DNA of 64,000 bases from Macrostomum lignano (taxonomy: Eukaryota). The stretch is taken from the NCBI GenBank assembly GCA_002269645.1, contig NIVC01001655.1, positions 190,777 through 254,776 of the forward strand, read 5' to 3'. Every line of letters begins with the position of its first letter. Within the stretch, counting starts at the first letter, position 1. Position numbers and translations under genes: made by a program. This document shows positions 57,374-64,000 of this stretch, one piece after another. Under the pieces are notes generated by a model, which was not told the DNA's origin, made no database searches, and saw only the letters and a program-made list of their open reading frames with translations.

Positions 57374-58519
57374 TTGTCCGTTTGTTTCCATTTTTTCCTT
57401 TCCTTTCACGCAGTTTTATTCACGGTAGAACTGCCTATATAGACAGCAGGGTTTTGCGAAGTGTTTGTACACTGAGTGTTTTTCTCTCCCAGGGTAGAGC
57501 GACCGAGTGCAGAGTTTACCCAGAAACTGTCTGTCACACCCCAGCTAAAAGTTTGGCCGTCATTTTGATAGCAAAGGGTAGAGAATAAATTGGGGTTGAG
57601 CGGCAGGAGAGTACATTCATTATTGAGAGTGCACTCGGATAAGATCTCTAACCCCCATACCAATGAACTGCGAGCTGCATGTACGAGTAAGATGTTTGTT
57701 GTTAAACGAGGGTCCTAGTGGGCTGGCCAAACCACTGAGAATAGTGGGGTGGGTCCTTAGAGTTTATGTGCTACTAACAGTAGCGCTATATGGACTTTCG
57801 TTCAATTCCTACAAAGACGGTCTAGTTTTTTATAATTTAACCATTATCTATCTCGTACTAGCTATCTCAACTACATTCAGCTATCTCAACTACATTTAGC
57901 TCCCTTAGTGGCTCCTCCCTTGAGGTGCAAATGTACCTCCATGGCCCGCTCCCACCATGACCCTTCCATCGGTTTTCGATTTCGCTATGACCTTCAATCT
58001 ATTAAAATCTTTATTTCGCAAATTTTTAGTCAGCCCAAGTACACAGCAGCCTTCAGTCCAGGACTACCAAGTGCTGCTGTGTGGTTAAAAAATTGCGTGA
58101 ACCGAAAAAGTTAAAAGTGAGTGCATTGCAACACGAACACTCCAGCCTCTCAGCTACATCAGCTTTAGTGCTGCTGCTATATAGCGTTTTAGTGTTTCGC
58201 TTCTTTTCCTCGAAAGAAGGACGAGAAAATGTTGAACGAAGCGTTGCACTTCAGGGTTCGTCAGCTGTTGCTGCAATTAAGTTTTTAATATTCGGGGATT
58301 TCTCGAGCGTTCGAAACATTTTCCCCGGAGATGTCCGCAGGGGGAAGTTCGAAATGAATAAGCCGAGGAAAAGTTCAAGTGCTGGGGCAGAGGTCAGTTC
58401 TAACGAGGGGAAATGCTCACGACTCGACTTTGAATAATCGCGTCCTTATTGTAACAAAATCTGTTCTATTATTTGAGTTTACGAATGTTAAATATTTCTA
58501 TATTAATTTCCCAAGATTT

Positions 58520-59970
58520 GCATAGAATTCTCTTGATCTGCATAGATTCTCTAGATCTGCAAAGGTTTCTATAGATCTGCATAAAAGTCTCTAGATCTGA
58601 ATAGATTTCCCTAGATCTGCATGGGTTTCTATAGATCTGCATAGGTTTCTCTAGATCTGCATAGATTCTCTAGATCTGCGTAGGTTTCTCTAGATCTGCA
58701 TAGATTCTCTAGATCTGCATAGATTCTCAAGATCTGCATAGATTCTCTAGATCTGCATAGATTTCTCTAGATCTGCATAGATTCTCTAGATCTGTGTAGG
58801 TTTTTCTATGCATAGATTCTCTAGATCTGTGTAGGTTTCTATGCATAGATTCTCTAGATCTGCATAGATTCTCAAGATCTGCATAGATTTCTCTAGATCT
58901 GCATAGATTTCTCTAGATCTGCAAAGGTTTCTATAGATCTGCAAAGGTTTCTATAGATCTGCATAGAAGTCTCTAGATCTGAATAGATTTCCCTAAATCT
59001 GCATGGGTTTCTATAGATCTACATAGGTTTCTCTAGATCTGCATAGATTTCTCTAGATCTGCATAGATTCTCTAGATCTGTGTAGGTTTCTCTAGATCTG
59101 CATAGGTTTCTCTAGATCTGCATAGATTTCTCTAGATCTGCATAGATTCTCTAGATCTGCATAGATTTCTTTAGATCTGCAAAGGTTTCTATAGATCTGC
59201 ATAGAAGTCTCTAGATCTGAATAGATTTCCCTAAATCTGCATGGCTTTCTATAGATCTACATAGGTTTCTCTAGATCTGCATAGATTTCTCTAGATCTGC
59301 ATAGATTCTCTAGATCTGTGTAGGTTTCTCTAGATCTGCATAGGTTTCTCTAGATCTGCATAGATTTCTCTAGATCTGCATAGATTCTCTAGATCTGCAT
59401 AGATTTCTTTAGATCTGCAAAGGTTTCTATAGATCTGCATAGAAGTCTCTAGATCTGAATAGATTTCCCTAGATCTGCATGGGTTTCTATAGATCTGCAT
59501 AGGTTTCTCTAGATCTGCATAGATTCTCTAGATCTGCGTAGGTTTCTCTAGATCTGCATAGATTTCTCTAGATCTGCAAAGGTTTCTATAGATCTGCATA
59601 GGTTTCTCTAGATCTGCATAGATTTCCCTAGATCTGCATGGGTTTCTATAGATCTGCATAGGTTTCTCTAGATCTGCATAGATTCTCTAGATCTGCGTAG
59701 GTTTCTCTAGATCTGCATAGATTTCTCTAGATCTGCAAATGTTTCTATAGATCTGCATAGGTTTCTCTAGATCTGCATAGATTTCTCTAGATCTGCAAAG
59801 GTTTCTATAGATCTGCATAGGTTTCTCTAGATCTGCATAGATTTCTCTAGATCTGCAAAGGTTTCTATAGATCTGCATAGAAGTCTCTAGATCTGAATAG
59901 ATTTCCCTAGATCTGCATAGATTTCTATAGATCTGCATAGGTTTCTCTAGATCTCCACAGATTTCTAGCT
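58520..59970. repeat. ~20-bp satellite (ATAGATTTCTCTAGATCTGC)n with 238-bp higher-order repeat
   Basis: About 70 monomers. The rare variant GAAGTCTC recurs at ~58966, 59204 and 59442. Confidence 0.93.
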
Positions 59971-60644
59971 GCATTGATCTGTTATGGATTTCTCAGTCAT
60001 CGGCTGTCTTGCAGCTAAAACATATTCTTATACCAATGGAATCTGTCTAGTGTGTGACATATGGCGTTTTTTATCCCTTAAGTGACTCTAGTCTAGATGT
60101 GTATCGAGACTGTGGGGGGTCTGAGTGATCCCCTAGCCATATAAAACACTCTCCCAAGAAACCGATAAACTGACTGCCATGCAATGAGATAAAAAGCTCT
60201 CTGACTGCACTGAGCTGCCAGCGAACTGGCAACGGACCATGGCGATACACGCGGATTTCCACACTTTACACAGCAACTTAAAGACAAGGAGTTGCCCTGC
60301 TGCGATGCAATATATAGCCCATGGTTTACACGCCGGCTCTGCGGCTGCGGACTGAGGCTGAAGACAGAACGGCCAACCGCTTTATGATGGAGAAAGTGCT
60401 GGAAGCTGCCCACTCCCCCCCCCAAGTTTCTGGCCCGTGTAGCCGACCGAAAATCAATTGAGGCCGGGATCGATTTAATGCGGGGCGACGAGGCGCGGGA
60501 CGGATAGGGGAGACCGCGGCTGCTGCTGGCGAGGGCTGGGAGAACCCGGCCAGAATCCATAATTTCAATCACTGGGCTCTGTTTTTGCTGCGACGCTCAG
60601 GCCTTTTAAAATGGCATTTTTAGCGCTTTGAACCTGCGATCGGC

Positions 60645-60646
<2 letters not shown>

Positions 60647-60690
<44 letters not shown>
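60647..60690. repeat. (CTAT)n microsatellite
   Basis: About 11 units directly before the AGTAGA putative terminus. Confidence 0.95.
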
Positions 60691-61159
60691 AGTAGAAGGC
60701 ATGAGGGGGCTTCTGGGACAAAATTTTTCACTTCCTCCATAATCCACCTAAATCCATCCATATAATCCCTGACAGAATCAGAAAAAAAGGGGGGTCGCAC
60801 CCGCTCACAAAACCTCCTCCATAATCCACCTAAATCCATCCATATTATCCCTGACAGAATCTTGAAAAAGGGGAGGGGTCGCACTTGCTCCGAAAACTTC
60901 GAACATAATCCTATTAAATCCATCCATATTATCCCTGACAGAATCAGAGCATAACCGGTGTCCTAATGTTATGCTCTGAGGGTTTATGCTCTAAGCATAA
61001 AAGCTCCAAATCCACCCATAGCATGTTCGAAACAATCAGAAAATAATCTGCATTCTTCTCCCCACATTCAATCCGAAGCGGCGAAACCAGATCCCCAAGA
61101 CTTTAAATCATCAGCGCAGGGTCCTCACCCTTTGAAAAAAATTAAATTCTCAATAAAAA

Positions 61160-61450
61160 ATGTTTCCAGTTGTCTCTCCAGGTTCTTATTATACTCAGCC
61201 CCATCCATTGTACAAATCCAAGTACCGATGCAAACTAGAATGCAGCGAGTACATGAGAAAATATTGGCCTGACGTTGATATCAATGGCCCTAATATTAAT
61301 CAAGCACTTAAATCTCACTGGTTTGAAAAACACGGAGTAGTCATTAACGATTATGACAGCTACTATAACTTTGCTGAAGTTATAAGGCAATTGAAGTGGC
61401 CAACTATAAGGTTGTACCTGGTGGCTTATATCGTAATTTTACAAGTCTGA
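61160..61450 (+). CDS. Small 96-aa ORF of unknown function in the Polinton-like element
   Basis: ATG in A-rich context (AATAAAAAATG); ends 7 bp from the convergent minor capsid stop; Tyr/Trp/His-rich. Confidence 0.5.
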   Translation: MFPVVSPGSYYTQPHPLYKSKYRCKLECSEYMRKYWPDVDINGPNINQALKSHWFEKHGVVINDYDSYYNFAEVIRQLKWPTIRLYLVAYIVILQV

Positions 61451-61457
61451 AGACGAC

Positions 61458-62315
61458 TCACATTCTCTCTATAACAATTGTTAGCACAAACTCTTCCCCG
61501 TTAAAATCGACACCAACTCCATCCTCTGTTTCAAACTGCAGAACGATTTCATGTATCTCTCTATTACTCAGAATCACTCTTTTCACGGGGTTTGGCTTTT
61601 GCACAAGCATTTTGCCACCAGCAACAGAGTTTGAAATGTTAAAAAGTATGTTGGTTCGTTTGCCTTTGAATATCCAATCATGGCTCAGATTGCTACGAAT
61701 TAATATATTCAAACCTTTGACAATGTCAGCGATATTTGGCGCCAAGTACATACCGGATATTAGCCGGGACACAGCAACAGTGCCAGGCGCCTGCAGCGGG
61801 CTTTGGTCTGTGGCGCCACCATAAACTCTCTTTTCAAATCCCAACTCGCGATACCAAGTGCCATCTTTAAACTCTACCTCTGCGTCCTTATGAACTTGCA
61901 AGATAACTCTCATGACAGTTAGATCATAAGTTAATCTAACAGGGAACAGTTTATTTTCTGGTTTGCTTTCATCCGGTATCTCAAAATGCTTTCGTTTAGT
62001 GAAGACGTTCTCCAAGAAGTAATTATAAGTATCCACGCTCTGTGTGCTGACAGGAAATATCACAACCTCTGTTGTAGTACGCTTCCATTTGTAATAAAAC
62101 TTGTTATTTTCCGCTGTCACATTGGGAACATTTGACCACCCAGTGAAATCATTGAGATAGACGTGGTAATTCGCCTCGGGATCCAAACGAAGTGGTTGCT
62201 CCAATTTTTGAATGAAGATTCCGTTTGACTCAGTAATGCGACCCGCTACAGTGATTGGAATGCTCTCCTTAGAGTGTGAAACAATGTTGTTTAGTCTTTC
62301 GGCTATGGCTTCCAT
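61458..62315 (-). CDS. Minor capsid protein (penton-like, single jelly roll), 285 aa
   Basis: PLRLD...YHVYLNDFTGWSNVPNVTAENNKFYY and C-terminal EIVLQFETEDGVGVDFNGEEFVLTIVI match the Polinton/adintovirus penton pattern. Lies immediately downstream of the major capsid. Confidence 0.78.
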   Translation of the reverse strand: MEAIAERLNNIVSHSKESIPITVAGRITESNGIFIQKLEQPLRLDPEANYHVYLNDFTGWSNVPNVTAENNKFYYKWKRTTTEVVIFPVSTQSVDTYNYFLENVFTKRKHFEIPDESKPENKLFPVRLTYDLTVMRVILQVHKDAEVEFKDGTWYRELGFEKRVYGGATDQSPLQAPGTVAVSRLISGMYLAPNIADIVKGLNILIRSNLSHDWIFKGKRTNILFNISNSVAGGKMLVQKPNPVKRVILSNREIHEIVLQFETEDGVGVDFNGEEFVLTIVIERM

Positions 62316-62337
62316 TTTTTTATTGAAAAAAAATTAT

Positions 62338-63634
62338 TCAAACTTTACTAGACGAGTTATTGATCATATTGACCTTGATCTTCCTCTCAAATGCATAGAT
62401 AATAAACAGATCAACAGCCGTTGCGGCACCAAATTCTTTCCGCTCGATATTAGTCACAATGTTAACAGGGCTATTGTCTGTAGGCATTTGTCTAGCAGTC
62501 ACATCAACACCAAATATTGGATATAGTTTTTTTATACTGCAAGGTTGTCAAAACAATACCGTTATTCTCTTTGACAGCCAGGTCCGACAGTTCATTGTAA
62601 AACTTACTAATCTTGTTCTCCGAGAAATTCCCATTTTGTGGCAATGCAGGGTATAAATTGTCACTGATCTCATGTTGAATCGATCGAATGTTTCCATGTA
62701 GATATCTACCTACATTAGTTGTATTCCTCATAGTGACAATAATGTACCTTGGATTGCTACAGGAGCCTTCTTTAATGCAAATATTGTGTCTTGCGTCATT
62801 CCGCTCATCTCTGCACATATAAGCTGTATAAGCAACATCAATGTCTTTCTCAATCGCCTTCAAGTATTCAGCTTTGAGTGCAGTCTTGGGCTCAATAATT
62901 TCTAAGTACAGCTCCACGCTAGTTAGCTTAATCTCCATCGATGTATGATTGGCCCCCGACCAAATTCCTCTGTTCCGATCATCTCTAGTCAGTCTAAATG
63001 TGTAGCTAAAGTTGCTTGTCAACCGATTGAAACTATTACAGAAACCACTCATAAACCTCAAAGGTACAAAAATATCTACAGACCTAAACAGCGGATTCTT
63101 AGCAGCATCGTTCTCACCAACAAGAGCATAGTTGTATCTCTCCTTTCTCTTTTTGTAACCAGGGTCATTCTCATCTCCTGTCTGTTCATTGGGGATGAAT
63201 CCAGCACCGCTCCCCATCTGAATAAAATCCGGGTTCTCAATCAAGCACTGGGTATCATAGACCACACCAAAGTTTGCTATTCTTTCCAATTCTGTACTTC
63301 CATTGGACACATTAAACTCTTTGAACATATAAGCCCAGAAATTACTGGTTAGTGCGACATCCGCATTGTGTAGATCATCATTAGCATGAGCGGCGTCTGC
63401 GCCTCCTTTAGTTTTGAATTGATACGTCATATAGAAGCCGCTCCTTAGACTGTGCACACTAACCAAATACGAACATCCATTGTATGTAAATGTCAGTGTT
63501 TGACCAGGACCAAGATTAGTTTCATTCTGATTTTCCTGACTGGGAACTCTTACCTGAGTCGCTTTGATTGTGCTATCATCACTCAAAATAGGCTTGTTAA
63601 TTTTGTAGAAAACTGGTGTCAGTGGGTCGTTCAT
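62338..63634 (-). CDS. Major capsid protein (double jelly roll), ~431 aa after correcting a 1-nt homopolymer frameshift
   Basis: ORF 63634-62504 has PILSDDSTIK, GQTLTF, VPLRFMSGFC, FRLTRD, PRYIIV, LYP. Dropping one A from the A7 run (62527-62533) continues YKKLYPIFGVDVTAR...IYAFERKIKV to TGA at 62338. Confidence 0.8.
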
Positions 63635-63664
63635 TTTTTAACTAAAAATAAAATAAAATAAGAA

Positions 63665-64000
63665 ATGAAGCGAAAAAGTACACAGCAGATATCTGAATTG
63701 GAGAAGCTAGCACAAGCAGAGAAACGAGTTACCGGGCTAATAAATAAGGAGCAACAATCCTACAATGAATTCGTCCAAGCAGCCACCGAATTTCACAAAC
63801 CCGGATACACAGAAGCGAAGAAAAACCTCGACACTGTGAAGGAAGCAGTTGATGATATTCAAGAGAGCCACTTGCAAAACACATTGGGTAAAATCCCATC
63901 TTCACCGGGACAACCACAGGCTCAGCAACCAGGACAACCAGTGCAGATGAATGTGAAGGATAACTTTTTGGCCCCGTATTGGATGATGGAAAATATATTT
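63665..64000 (+). CDS. Unknown ORF divergent from the major capsid, open to the window end (at least 112 aa)
   Basis: MKRKSTQQISELEKLAQAEKRV...PGQPQAQQPGQPVQMNVKDNFLAPYW...; no stop codon; ATG 30 bp from the capsid ATG. Missing from the ORF track because it is truncated. Confidence 0.65.
   Translation, partial: MKRKSTQQISELEKLAQAEKRVTGLINKEQQSYNEFVQAATEFHKPGYTEAKKNLDTVKEAVDDIQESHLQNTLGKIPSSPGQPQAQQPGQPVQMNVKDNFLAPYWMMENIF

Larger units (their letters stand above)
60691..64000. mobile_element. Polinton/Maverick (adintovirus-like) element, left end; continues beyond the window
   Basis: Starts AGTAGA (Polinton termini typically start AG/AGT). Three ~83-bp subterminal repeats (60738, 60820, 60904). 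Then compact intronless ORFs with 7-30 bp gaps, including minor and major capsid homologs. The terminus position is inferred. Confidence 0.82.

Noticed and set aside
59687-59974. 95-aa repetitive ORF
   Set aside because: Translation of the 20-bp satellite.

Overview
AT-rich animal genomic DNA with GC-rich exons, GT-AG introns and many tandem repeats. The style suggests an invertebrate, possibly a free-living flatworm such as Macrostomum (inference only). Host genes: a coiled-coil gene (-), a death-domain IRAK/Pelle-like pseudokinase (+), a 9-exon CLCA (-, about 990 aa), a GT-A glycosyltransferase (+), a CTD small phosphatase (+), a BEN-domain protein (+), and four intronless EcKinase/choline-kinase-like paralogs. 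One paralog is a pseudogene, and the four share near-identical internal tracts. Mobile DNA: a dead piggyBac interrupted by a hAT MITE, a decayed Crypton tyrosine recombinase, several MITEs with TIRs and TSDs, LINE fragments, and the left end of a Polinton/Maverick (adintovirus-like) element. That element sits beside a (CTAT)n tract and encodes a minor capsid and a major capsid broken only by one homopolymer frameshift. All domain calls come from motif recognition by eye; no searches were run.
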